DNA of 62,658 bases, filler included, from Basidiobolus ranarum (lineage: Eukaryota): NCBI GenBank assembly GCA_040143965.1. It is 7 parts of 7 records of this genome, joined end to end, with 100 filler letters (N's around TTAATTAATTAA, not from the genome) between each part and the next. Parts side by side here need not be neighbours in the genome. Positions count along the whole stretch, not along the records: positions 26,953 to 35,814 come from JASJQH010007785.1; positions 35,915 to 44,767 come from JASJQH010007786.1; 5 more parts are not named here. One strand, 5' to 3'. Shown piece by piece: positions 26,953 through 39,682 of the stretch; the first letter of the stretch is position 1; every line of letters begins with the position of its first letter. Under the pieces are notes generated by a model that worked only from the letters and a program-made list of their open reading frames with translations, was not told where the DNA came from and searched no databases. Position numbers and translations under genes: made by a program.

Positions 26953-29020
26953 ACCTATGATAGAAAAATATCCAGAATGGAAGGTTGAGTTTGAGGTTTC
27001 TAGGAGTGAAATTGGAGAGAATAAGTTCCAACACCAAGGTAAGATACCGAAACTAAAGAAATGAAGAGAGGTAGGAGTTCAAGCGATGAGTCGTGAGGAA
27101 GGGTAGTAAGAAGCAAAATGAATATAGGTAAGAAATAAGTTGAAGATAATGGACGAAAAACAAAAAGATCTCGCCCCATTTGTAACGGTCCATTCAAATA
27201 AGGTCATATGTTTTGTGCTTTCGGTTAAAATCATTAAACTCCAATTCAATTGTCAAGAGGACTCTGGCTTATTGAATTGACTAAACTAAAGAATGTATTT
27301 TCTCATTTTACAACAACAATTCTAATGAGAAAACTATTAACGATACAGAAGTTGCTATATTATGGCATTACAATACAAAGAACCAATCATACTCAGATAT
27401 CCATAATTACGTTTCACCTAATTTGGGGGAATTATAATGTCTTTTCCTCATTTGATGGTATTTATCAAAAGCCTAAAAAAGTAATGATCGTTAGGTATTT
27501 GTCGCTTAAACCTTATTCATGAAACTGTGCAAATAATGATTTTACGGTTGGCAGAGTATGTATTAAAATTAAGTTTGCACTAGTTATATATTTGATTATG
27601 TGCTCAAAATGGGCTATGCAGCACAAGCGTCCACCACCCCAACACCATTATTAAGGAGAGAAATTGTAACCACACGTAAAATGGGCTTCGCTCACAAAAT
27701 CAAATTCTTGGATGCACCATATTCGGTCCTAAATTGACTAAGTTCAATGCGTATAACTAAACAAGCTGTTAAAGACTTTTTACCTAACTACAATGGGTAC
27801 TTTGAGAAGTTTGAAACAGAAGAATTAAACAACTTTGGATTTATGATGTGCAAACCAGAATCATTTATAGATCTCGGATTATTTGGTTGATCATCTAGAT
27901 CATCGCGTCTTGAAATGCTACGTATTTTTCCGTAATTCAAGTATCTTGCATTATACATCCTCCTCACGCTCATATATCCGAAAGTTTTACAGCGCTTTTA
28001 GCACGTGGAGAGTATTAGTTACAATTCATACCGCAGAGGTATATCTCGACTTGCTTTCTTTTATTGGTATTTTTCACATTTAGTTTCAGCATTGGTAGGG
28101 TTATTTTTGGCCTTTGAACTGGTAGCATCCAGAATCAGGAGGTCATGTATGTGTGTAAGACGAATACGGTATAAACTCCGTTTAAGCAGGGCCGTATTAG
28201 AAATACACAGAGGGTTAATACAAGTAAAGGTGGGGTCATCGAGATTCCATAATTGTCACGAAGTGAGCTAGTCTTCATTTGATGGTACCGAGATGAAGGT
28301 GTTCTGAGTATCAAAGCTCTATAAATCACCTACTAGTTAAATTATCTCAATTTAAATGATATAACAAATATGGCAACTGAAGGTAGACTCCAAGCTCATC
28401 CTGGCCAATATTGGAGAATTTACTCATTTACCAGGAGGGGAAAGACCCAACAGATATTAGCTGGCTTGGTAACTCTATCTGAGCTGCGATACCAGGACTC
28501 AATGGAGTGCCAATTCACCCTCAATATACTAGCTGTATTGTAAATACCTGTGACACTTACCTAATGAAATCAGAGTGGACCAATACGAAGAGAATCGTCA
28601 AAATCTCTGATCCTCCCAGCATAAAATATGTTTCCATTTATTAATGTATCCGTATCTCCTGAAGGAGATGTTCCATATGAGTTGGTACTTTAACATCGGA
28701 CTTCTCGTCAATCAATGGATAGTGAAGAACTAATCGCATTGAGGCTGCCAATTGCTGGATTGATATTGTTTACATTGCTGCTACATCATAAGTTCAAGAT
28801 TGGAAAGACGATGACACAAATTTCGATAAATATGGCAGAGATAGTGGATATTTTTTGATGGTATTCAGTTATTTGAAATTATTGACCCATCAAGATCCTA
28901 ACATGTGATCATAGCTGATGAATGGTGAAGCTTTGGTGTGTATCTGGCTATTAAATGCATAAAAATTACTTTGACACACTTCACGTCAGTTGAATCTCTA
29001 AAGTCATTTCTTATTTCATT

Positions 29021-31856
29021 ATGACACTACACCAAAGTTTAGCATTGTAGGTTAATTTTTGTTTTTGTCAACACTTTATTCCTTCTAACCTTTGTTTTTC
29101 TCTTAGATACGTGAAGAACAGTTCATTTGTACTGAAACCTACAACGACGACAAATGGACAATCAAAGGCCCTTATAATTAACAGAGCTACAGGAAACTTT
29201 AGTCTTGAGCGTAAGATGAACTTTATATGGTGTAGAATTTATAAATGTAATATGCTAATGATTTTGCACTCGTAGTGCCATCTGCCGAGGAAGAGGCAGT
29301 TGAAATCTTGAACGTATTTGGGATATTTGGTATTATTCCCTTGTTATCCGGTACAGTGTTATTTCAAAAATATATCTTGATCAGATTGAGAGTTTTAATC
29401 TTTCACTTCTTCCAGGTAATTACCTCATCGCTATCACCGGAAGAGCTCACGCCGGAAAAATAAACTCTCACGACATCTATAGAATAACTGAGACTAAGAT
29501 TCTTCCGTACTCACGCTCATCTAGCACTTTGAGTGAAACCCAGGTTTGTTGTGAAGATGAAATGTTAACGTAGCGTGTTTTTGCTAATCCCTTATTGTTT
29601 ACTGTAGAAATTGGATGAATCAGCTTATTTAGATTTGCTGAAAAATGCGCTTAACACTTCTGTTCATTACTTTTCATACACTTATGATCTCACTCAGAGT
29701 CTTCAGCGACAATCCGAGTTAGCTGAATCGAACGTGGAGGCATTATGGCAGCGTGTTTGTATATTTTTACTTGTTGCATGTTCAATTGACATTTTATTGA
29801 CATTCGTCATGTTAGGCGGATGAGCGATTCTATTGGAATCGTTATCTTCAAAAGGATATGATTGAATCAGCTGAACAAAATCCCGAAGTACGACCTAATA
29901 TTGATATTTCGTAACTATCTTCACTTTACTCACTTTACAATCTAAACAGTTGAGCGCATTTATTCTTCCTGTTGTACACGGATGTAAGGGTTTATATATG
30001 CACCTTGCTTTCGTTCTCGAGTATTTATCCATTTTTCATGTTATAGTCGTCGAAATAAGAGCCACCGCTATCAAAAACAACAATTTTACCTTTGCGTTGA
30101 TTTCACGTCGTAGTAGATATAGAGTTGGTGAGTAAGAGCGGCATCACCTTCCAGCTACTTTTTTTTTAAATGAATCTCCTTCGCTAGGTACCCGTTTTTT
30201 CTCTAGAGGAGTTGACGAAGACGGAAATGTATCGAATTTTGTTGAAACTGAACAAATCATCATCTCTGGAATCCATCAATTAGCGTATATTCAGACTCGT
30301 GGCTCCATCCCAATCTATTGGTCTCAAGTAACGAACATGAAATATACTCCAAGATTGAGTATTCACTACGCCGATAAAACGGTTTGTTTTTGCCCTAATG
30401 TATACAGCCCAATAGATCCTGACTTTCTTCTATGTAGGCCGAGGCTTTTAGAAATCATTTTGAGAAACAAATCGAAATATACGGTGATCAAATTGTTGTT
30501 AGTCTGATCAATAAGAAGGGCTATGAAACCCCAATGGGAGTAGCATTTGAAGACCGCATCAAAGAGTTGAACAATTCCCACGTTAAATACATTCACTTTG
30601 ATTTCCATCATGAGTGCCGTAAAATGAGATGGGACAGGATAAGTGTACTCGTAGATCAAATCGCACCTGACCTCGACCGTCAGAGGTGAGCTATATGTAG
30701 ATTTGCTGTAAACGATTTTGTGAGCATATTGTTAATGCATATAATGTTTACGCTCTATAGCTACTTCCATAGCTCCGGTATAGAGGGTCAAAAGGCCGAA
30801 ATCTTGAAGAAGCAAACTTCAGTTGCACGTACCAATTGCATGGACTGTTTGGACAGAACAAACGTAGTTCAATCAGTCCTCGCTCGAAGAGCCTTAACCT
30901 TGCAATTGCAAGAAATTGCGATCCTTGGCCCACATGAGCAATGTGATCAATTTGCCGATTTTGAATTTTTACTCCGAAACGGTACCATTACCAAGCCTTT
31001 CACTTCATCTGTTACCCCCATATTAACTCTTTTTGTGATCTTTAGTCTGGGCTGATAATGCCAATGCTATCAGTGTTGCTTACTCTGGAACAGGCGCACT
31101 AAAGACTGATTTCACCAGGTATTGAACGTCTTACGTCGAAGAATAAGAATCCGTGCGGTTATTAAATTCAAATTTATTCTAGAACTGGTCAACGTACCAA
31201 AGCTGGTGCTTTCATGGACTTTACTAATTCTGCAGTCCGCTACTTCAAGAACAATTATAGTGATGGCACTCGTCAAGTAAGAGTTCATTTTTGGTTGCCG
31301 TTGTCGAAGTAGCTACGTTCCTCACCTATATTGTTAGGATGCCTATGATCTGTTGCTTGGAAACTATGTGGTTGATCCATGCAAGCCCTCACCCTTTAGT
31401 GCTGTCCGTATGATCAGATTCAAGATGGTAATGGTTTGTCTTAGTTTACTAATTTATGGGATTTATTATCAACTTCACCCAACACTTTTTCTTTAAGGCG
31501 CTTGGCATTTTATCTCTTTTAGTCATCAATATGTGCGCCGGCCATTTCATCATGAGCTCTCCAGGTACATAATTATCTCACGTTAACTCCGTTGTAATCC
31601 AATGATGCTGACTTGAGATTTTATAGAAGAAACATCCACCTTTTCTGGATTTACCAAGATATTCTGGTTGGGATTGTTTGTGGGATGTGGGTACATGCTT
31701 TACCATGAGACACCTATATTCCTTGACCGCCCTAGACTTTGTCAACTTCCATCCGACATCTTTGGCCATCCTTATGGACCTCTATTCGTTGACAACAAGA
31801 TGCCTATAGATAGCAATGTCATCGATGTTGATGTAGAAAGTAAGAAGAAACTATAA
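29021..31856 (+). CDS. SAC1: Sac1 phosphoinositide phosphatase (many short introns)
   Basis: [59 protein letters not shown], catalytic RTNCMDCLDRTNVVQ, YSGTGALKTDFTR and two C-terminal TM segments. Confidence 0.95.
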
Positions 31857-32358
31857 GCAACGATTAGTGGTTGATAGTCCGTACGTCACCAATACAATTA
31901 TTTATATCTATATCTTAAACAAGACACATCAATAAAGCTTCTAAAATACAATGGAATACGGTCCACTATTCTTCTACCAAAACGCCATTTAATCATTTAA
32001 ACTACTTCGATCACCAACATATTGAGCTGTAGCTTTGGATTCTCGTTTTTCCCTTGGTAGAAAAGTGATCTAATATTTGGAACCAGATAGGTCTTCTGAG
32101 GTTTGAAGTAAATGACAAAGGTTTTACAGAGATGGGATTAGTAAGCTGTGTGTTTATGTACTTTTTAATAAAGATTAATCTACTTGGGAGAAAAACAGAT
32201 ATAATAATGTACAGAATAAATAATATTTTGCCAGTTCTTTGTGAATAATTAAGTTATTATCAAGGAAGCTTCGGAATATATATACAATTATTGACGTTTG
32301 AACCAGAAGTGAAAAGAGTGAATGCAAATAAACACATCCTCCATATTAGCTATAAAAC

Positions 32359-33208
32359 TCAACCAGGAATCGCCAATTTCACTTTTTTTGTGTTCCCAAC
32401 TTCAACGGAAGTACTTCGCTTTGTCCTAGAAAACCCGTCCTCGTGAATTGGAAGTACTCGAAGCTGTAATATTCTCATCTTCTTTTGAGTTAAAGGCTCA
32501 CGACATACTGGACAAGCTTTACTTGGTATTTTGATAGACCTATGAATACATTCGTCACAAAATAAATGACCACAAAACGTAGTAGTCAATTTTAGAGGGT
32601 TGTCAAGGCAGATAGAACACTTGATATCCATATTATTATTTTCATTATCCAGTGGCTTAATCCCAGGAAGAGGATCGATCTGAACATTCTCCTGCTGTTT
32701 TGACAGATTTAACATATCCTGAGCCAAGATAGAGGTTCTAGTTCGCGGTGTTTCTTCAATCGGGTCCATTTCGGGTTCACTACCATGAAGATATACTGAC
32801 CTTTCCGTACTTCCTTGTTCTACAAAAGGATCTCGTATGAAATTATAATCAAATACGGGTGCATTGCCGTAACTTCTAAAAGGAGCCACAATGCTAATAA
32901 CTAGTTGAATAAGAGATAAGATTAATTACTGGCTTATTGTAATAAAAATATTGAAAACTACCATTGGAATCCGTATTAATCCGATTGCTTTCTACACCAT
33001 CTCTCACATTGTTAGGTTCAGCTTCTTCATCACTTAGAACTATGAGAGCGCGAGTATTAGACTCGTGTGTTGATAAAGGTCCACTTTCAGAAATGCATAT
33101 AACCTGTTGTGGGTAGGTAGTGGTTTGATGATGATCAGGAAGATCAGTGAGATCGATAACCTCTAAAGAATTGTACGGACAATTTCGAGCTTCAGGAGTT
33201 GTCACCAT
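32359..33208 (-). CDS. RING E3 ligase with N-terminal SUMO-interacting motifs (RNF4/Rfp/Slx8-like STUbL)
   Basis: The two listed ORFs join in frame through a GT-AG intron at 32961-32901. SIM-like motifs VIDLTD, VICISE, LIVLSDEE and VISI precede a C3HC4 RING (CSICLD...CGHLFCDECI...CPVCR). Confidence 0.8.
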
Positions 33209-33503
33209 TTGTGGTTACTGAGGTAAATGTGGCTTTCAGCGAAAACGAACAATTTGGATAAGAAATGTGAAATGATTTATTCCCATTCAAATGGTATGGT
33301 CAGTGACGCATATTCTTGAAAAAGAATCAATTTTCATACTTCAATCAAGGTTTTGATTCCTTTCGAATATTAGTGGAAATAACGTTCATTGGTTATTGTT
33401 AGCTTACCACTGATCGGAATGGATTGTTTTATGAAGGGAGAAACATGGACTTTGTAGAAAGGATTTATTTGGAATCAATACAAAATTCGTAAAATAAAAA
33501 TGC

Positions 33504-34010
33504 TTAGGCTTTGACAGCGAACTTTCTTTGAGGGAAGTGAATGCTCTTCTTTTGTTGTCTGAGGGTAGTACGAGTGGACTCGAACTTGGTCAAACGACGA
33601 CGAATAGCACGAGTCTTCTTGTGACGAAGATCGAGAGGAAGATATTTACGGCCTTCTTGTTTGTACAAGAGGCGAATATTTTGACGTTCGGTTTGAGTGA
33701 TGACAGTAAGAACGCGGGCAATGGACTTGCGAACAGCGTTACTGGAATTAAGAATTAATACGATGGCCCAATAATATAAACAAGATACAGCTACTTACAT
33801 GCGAGTCAACTTTGAAGCGGCACCACCAGCAATCTTCTGAACTCTCAAAGAAGAAAGCTCCTGCTTGAGTTCATCAAGTTGCTTCTTGAGTTCCTCTTTG
33901 GATTGGTTACGAAGCTCGTATGCCTTGACTTTAGCCTTCATAAGATGTGATTAGTTTACAATTGGCGAAGTTGGCATATATGAAGTTGCTGTAGATTTAT
34001 TACTGACCAT
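33504..34010 (-). CDS. RPL35: 60S ribosomal protein L35 (uL29), 3 exons; not in ORF track
   Basis: ATG|intron then [38 protein letters not shown]...[16 protein letters not shown]...[11 protein letters not shown]. Confidence 0.97.
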
Positions 34011-34826
34011 TTTGAGATGAATGGATGCAAAGTCCTACCGATGGGAGAGTGAAGGCTTTGGGTGAGAGAAAGAAATGCCTCCACCAGGTGTTCCATACTT
34101 TATTCGACTACCATATTCAGCACCACCAATGGCTCTCATTAGGCTACCAAAAATTCCTTTCTAGATCTTACCCGGGTTCTCTGGAAATTTGTTAGCCTGA
34201 GAGATTAATCAAGATTTAGTGGTATCATGCATAAGTGTATGTCAAATGTATCTGGCCACTAATGTGGCTTCAAATCAAAGCCTACTATCCATCCTCGATG
34301 TTGTACTTCGAATTTCCATCGTCTTCGGTAACCCATGACAAAGTTTATTAACCATATATCCGATAAAGAAATATCCCATCAATATTTCCATGGTTTTGCT
34401 GCTAAAGGGTGTTATCCTCGTGACATCTAGAGTCGATTACTACAGTTAGATACAGCCGTCACATGAGCCACTATTAAACGATCAGTTGCTAGAAAATGCG
34501 CCGATGCAATGGATCTGTTCTAATGGATAATATGGTACATTACACACAATGCAGATAAGAATATTAACGTGAGGAGTTTTCTTTCATACCGCATATATTC
34601 TTGTAGTATGATAACATGAACTCCGATTCTACCATCGTCAACGTTGAACGGACTGAAATTCAAGATATACCCGTTGCTTTTCAACACTAACAGTAATATG
34701 CAATCGGAGGTAAATTGAGATGAGATATCATATGCTCAGCGGCTTCTATTTTTGGAGAAGTGAGAATGTATATATACCTGTGAAGTTTGCACGAAGCGAA
34801 GTTCAACTCATCTATTTCTCCATACA

Positions 34827-35341
34827 ATGAAGCCCTTTCTGAAGCTAGTTTTCTCATTAACCTTCATTATTGCCAATGTCATGGCTCATGGACATATGGT
34901 ATGTTGATTTGAGCTGATAATTGATCATTCGGTATAATTCTAATCCATTATTTACTCTAGACTGTCCCTGAGGTTAGAATTCCCCCTGGTGACAGGAATG
35001 TTGGCCTCTCTTTGACTAGAGGTCCCAATAGTCACATGCCTTGTGGGGGCAATCCACCAGGACCCATTACTGCACATTATTCTTCTGGAGAGATGATTAC
35101 TGTCAACTGGGAAATTGGCGCTGCTCATCGAGGGCCCTGTCAGATCGATTTAGCCATCCCCCCTGATTCGAATTTTGATACCTTAACAACCTGGGATTGC
35201 GCTGATATCTCTGGGGAGTTTCAGACCACAGTTCAGCTTCCTGAAGGGGTTGCCTGTGAACAGTGTGCCCTTCGGTTTTTATGGTATGCCGAACTTACTG
35301 GGGAAACGTACGTGAATTGTGCGGATATTTCAGTTGAATGA
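34827..35341 (+). CDS. Small secreted histidine-brace, LPMO-like protein (150 aa)
   Basis: Exon 1 (34827-34898) reads MKPFLKLVFSLTFIIANVMA|HGHM; intron 34899-34960. Exon 2 has PCGG, a second His in AAHRGPC, and CEQCALRFLW...ETYVNCADISV. Confidence 0.8.
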
Positions 35342-35814
35342 ATCTCACCCTATCCATAATTGGAGAACGACTGTGCTTAACTTTATTTATTTAGATCCTT
35401 TGATTTGTTTGTTTGTACATTTTCCCACGTAGTTTCGATGTTTTATTTATATTCTTGAGATAACGAAATGTCTATGTCCAAAATAAACCCTTGGGCTATG
35501 TATACCTTAATTAGGGCCAATTTATCATATGTTATTAACTTGATATCTATTAAGTCGAATACCTTGCTTCGAATCTTGACCAGTTTGGAATTCATGCACT
35601 CGAAAGCCAGAAAGGATCTTGAAATCTCTGTGGATTCATGAAGAATCTGAATTGGTCCACTTGAAGGGGCCTTTCAGATTTTTCCTTGATACCATGCATC
35701 CTACTAAATTCTAAATTCATTTGGTATGAAGAGCAGGTTACCTACGGCATCCTATTGGGTAACCCTCCATGGGGCTGCAAACAACTACCAAACATACATA
35801 TGGCCGCAACTCAA

Positions 35815-35914
35815 NNNNNNNNNNNNNNNNNNNNNNNNNNNNNNNNNNNNNNNNNNNNTTAATTAATTAANNNNNNNNNNNNNNNNNNNNNNNNNNNNNN
35901 NNNNNNNNNNNNNN
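35815..35914. other. Artificial contig spacer
   Basis: N44-TTAATTAATTAA-N44. Confidence 0.99.
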
Positions 35915-36132
35915 GAATATTTTTACCAACTTAGAAGTTCTCAGATATATAGATTTTTCAAACTTGTGCTAGAAGCCCCAAACTTTGCACACATGTTCCT
36001 GGGACCTTCCTTAACATATTCTACAAGTTAGTTTGTTTACATCTTGACAAAACTATAAATGTCAACTTTCTACTCAATAAATCAATAAGTGAAAACCATC
36101 TATTCCTCTAATTCTCCAAACAACTTCCAACA
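35915..36132 (+). repeat. Partial Copia LTR copy (3' part)
   Basis: Diverged direct repeat of ~38563-38778, sharing e.g. agaagccccaaactttgcacaca and the cttccaaca end. Confidence 0.8.
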
Positions 36133-37549
36133 GGCTCTCAGATACTTTAACTGATATCTAGGAAGAACTTAATACAGAGTGGCACAATATTGCAGGGTAT
36201 CTGCCAGATAGCTGGAAGAATGTTGATTCAGCAACATTAATACAATGGTGAGCTTTGATGGAGGTCTTGATTCAAACTTGTGTTGAGTATGAGCTAAACC
36301 TTGGATATGAAGAACTCTATAAAAATATTCAGGAGAATATATCAAAGAGACTAGGGATTTCAAAGGTAACAAATTAGCATTCTAGTGGTAATTGTGTAAA
36401 ATAAGAGTTACATTTTTCACATATGTGTTGATCCATTGTTCTCTGAGATTGTAGCCAATCATGCGCAATTATTTTGTGAGATCTTGAAATTTCACTCCTG
36501 AAGCTGAAAAAATTGATTGAAATAAAATCTAACTTGACAATTTTATGATGGTAAGTAAACAGTCAATTTCAAATGGATTAAAATTGTGACAGTTTTCCTA
36601 CCATAACAATCTTCAAATTTCTGTTAGGGAACAGAGTGCACCTGTGGTGAAATGATACCCCATGTGAAATCATCAGTATTACCATCTGCTGATCTGACTA
36701 ATAATGCTTCAGCACAATCAGTGATGGATTTACTGTGATGTGGTAAGGAGACTCAAGAGTGTGTTAACCTTCAAACAAAGGGCTCTTTTCAATGTGCTCA
36801 CAGGTTTTGCTTAGTTTGAGCACAATAACAGAAACAAAACCCAATCTATGGACTCTGAATAAGTATCTATATTGAACAGACTAACTTGTTTGTGTGATGA
36901 TATGACAGTATTTCTAGGAGAGCTGCAAGACAGACTTCTTGGTGAGATTGATCAAGATACACAGTTTTATTGTGTTAGGCATGGGGTATTCATTTCAAGT
37001 ATGCATATTAGTTCAGATTCCTATAGCAGTAAACCCAGTAATTTGCCATTCAAAAATTAGTTTTTTGTACCAAGGGTCAGAAATTAAACAATACATGGCA
37101 AATATGAAGATCAATATTTTACCATGTATGAATAGAATTAAAATACCATCAAGAAGTTGCTGTATCACCATCAAAATTCCTGGCAGTATGCAAGCCACCA
37201 ATATTGTGGTGGTCCTTTGATAGTTTTGCCATCCAGAAGGGAGAACACAATTGGGATCAAATCAATTTTTTTTTGTTAGGGTGTTGCTTATGTCAAAATT
37301 ATGACCAAAATTTGGTCCAAATTTGATCCAAAAAGTATGTAATGTGTGTTTATAGGTTATTGTACACAGACTAAGGCCTACAAACTCTCTTGTACCAAAA
37401 TTGCAAAGTTAATCAAGCTCTGGGAAATTTTTTTGATGAAAATCAAAATTGTCACCAAAAATAAACACAGGTGATTACAAAAAGCAATTTTCTCCTGGTC
37501 CAATCATCAAACTTGATTTATACAAATAATGTAAAAATAGCATTCCTAT

Positions 37550-38778
37550 GGACCCTTAACCAGAATTCAGCCTACTGAAGTGCCCAACACAATGCCAGAA
37601 GTTGTGGTACCTTTATCCATAACAAAGAGATCAAATTAGATCAGAAATGGCCCTGATTACTGTATCAAGAGATCCAAAAATTAGGCATATGCCTGCACAG
37701 CTCAAGTACATGAGTCCCACATTCCAAAAGAAGCCCTGAATAGGCCTCACACAAAGTTTTGGAGTTTTGCAATGGATGAGCAGTACTTAAACACTCTATA
37801 GCTTAAAACAATTGCCAAGAGCTTGGAATAGCAAGATAGACACTTTTTTGGAAACACTCAAATTGATCTTGGTGGCATGATGAACTATCTTGAAATGCAA
37901 TTAAGATAGATAGAACTACCAGAATAGCAACTATAACCCAGTCTAAGTATATCTTGAAGATACCTGAAAAGGTCAAAATAGAACAATATAGCCTAATATC
38001 TACCTTGATGGAGACAAATCTTAACTTGACCAAAAATGGCTTAAATTAGACATTCCTGGATTTAAATGACAGCCTGATATTTCCTTATCAGTCTATGATT
38101 GGTAGTTTGATATATATCATGGCTGGAACAAGGCCAGATATTGCATATACAGTGGAAATTATATGCAAAAATCTTAAAAGTTATGGATCTGATATAATCA
38201 AAGCTGTTGAGCAGATTCTCAGATATTTGAAAGGTACCAAAGATCTAAGCTTAAAATGAATATATTCTGCATTAAACTTTGATCTGATGGGATATTCAGA
38301 TGCAAATTGGGGAAGAGATATGAAAGACAGGAGATCTACAACAGAATACTATTATATTATTATATATTAACCAAAACATTAGCTTGACAGATGTTTGAGA
38401 AATTTTGACCTAACCTAGGATCAATTTTTATGACTATTTAGTTGAGGGAGAGTGTTGAAGTGAACATTGCCAAAACATCTATAGAGTCATATATAGCTTA
38501 GTGCTTAGTTATCTTTTATTTCACTAAGATATTACCCATTATTCTCAGTTGGAATTTACTTAGAGTATTTTACCAACTCCAATGTTCTCTGATATTTATA
38601 TATTTCAAACTTGTGTTAGAAGCCCCAAACTTTGCACACATATTCCTGGGGCATTCCTTCAGAGATTCAGGATTTTATTTTGCTTACATCTTGACAAGAC
38701 TGTAAATGTCAACTTTTAACTCAATAAATCAATAACCAAGACTACCAATTTCTCTAATTCTCCAAACCACTTCCAACA
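37550..38778 (+). mobile_element. Degenerate plus-strand Copia 3' half (RT/RNase H, PPT, LTR)
   Basis: EALNRP...WSFAMDE, PYQSMIGSLIYIMAGTRPDIAY, LRYLKGTKDL and GYSDANWG..DRRST, then PPT gttgagggagag immediately before the LTR. Confidence 0.85.
38453..38778 (+). repeat. Copia 3' LTR (326 bp)
   Basis: TGTTGAAG...CTTCCAACA termini, preceded by the PPT, with related copies at 35915-36132 and (inverted) 39354-39682. Confidence 0.85.
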
Positions 38779-39353
38779 GGCTGCCAAGTACTCTAATAAA
38801 ATTCTCATTTATGGATTCTAGAGCCATTACTAGGCTTTGAAACCTGTCTGGCAGGCTATCAAGGATTGCAACTGTGATATCCTGTTCATTAGTAAGAACT
38901 CCAATACATTCCATTTAAAGCACTGGAAGAGTGAACATATTATTCAGCAATTACATATCTCCTCCTGACTTCACCTTTAAGTAAAAGGATTGTTGTCATA
39001 GAAGCATCTTGTTACCAGCAGAAAAATTTTGTAGATGTCTTGCAAGGCTTTTGAATCCTTGTTAGCAGTATTGGCACTTAAACATTGAATTAGCTATTTG
39101 ACTATGGTAATATTACCCATTGTACTAATTGGACTTTGTCCTTTTTAACCTGGGGTAAAACTTCAGTTTCAGATGTCACTGGATTGTTTTCTTCCCTGAC
39201 AGGAGTATCCTAGAGTCCTTTTTCACATAACAGTACTTTCTTTTTCATTTTCAAAACCTGACAAATGATTCCCACCTATTTCTCTGAGAAGGGATTAGTT
39301 CAGAATTTGGAGAAGCAGATATTATGGAGAGTACAAGCTTGGGGCTCATAGCC

Positions 39354-39682
39354 TTTTGAAGTATGTTAGGAGTTTATAAAAGTTTGTTTGGAGAACCACT
39401 ATAATTAATTTTGTGTGTTAAGTTATTGAGTAGAAAGTGACCTATATAATCTTGTCAAGGTGAGAGGAATCAAAACAGTAAAATGTGTTAAGGAGAATTT
39501 CATGAAAATATGTGCAAGCATAAGTTTGAAAAATCTGTATGGATGAGAACATCTAAATTGATGTCAGTAATCTAAAGAAATTTTTCTTGGGAATAGTGGG
39601 TAATATATCAGTGAAGTATAGAATAACTAAATATTCACCTATATATGACTATATAAATGCTTAGGCTATGATTGTTTCAACA
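39354..39682 (-). repeat. Copia 5' LTR (~329 bp), inverted relative to 38453-38778
   Basis: Reverse complement tgttgaaac...tatagtcatatatag...ttcactgatatattacccactatt aligns by eye with the 38453 LTR, and the PBS follows it. Confidence 0.75.

Larger units (their letters stand above)
36133..39682 (-). mobile_element. Degenerate minus-strand Copia element (5' LTR, PBS, gag, integrase remnants), interrupted
   Basis: LTR 39682-39354 starts TGTTGAA and is followed by PBS-like GGCTATGAGCCCC. Gag remnant ILDSLPDRFQSLVMALES at ~38820-38875; weak integrase-like remnants at 36300-37250. Confidence 0.65.

Noticed and set aside
26953..28900. Several 60-90 aa ORFs upstream of SAC1
   Set aside because: No recognisable motifs or consistent splice structure; treated as intergenic.
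33528..33758. 76-aa plus-strand ORF
   Set aside because: Antisense shadow of the RPL35 last exon.
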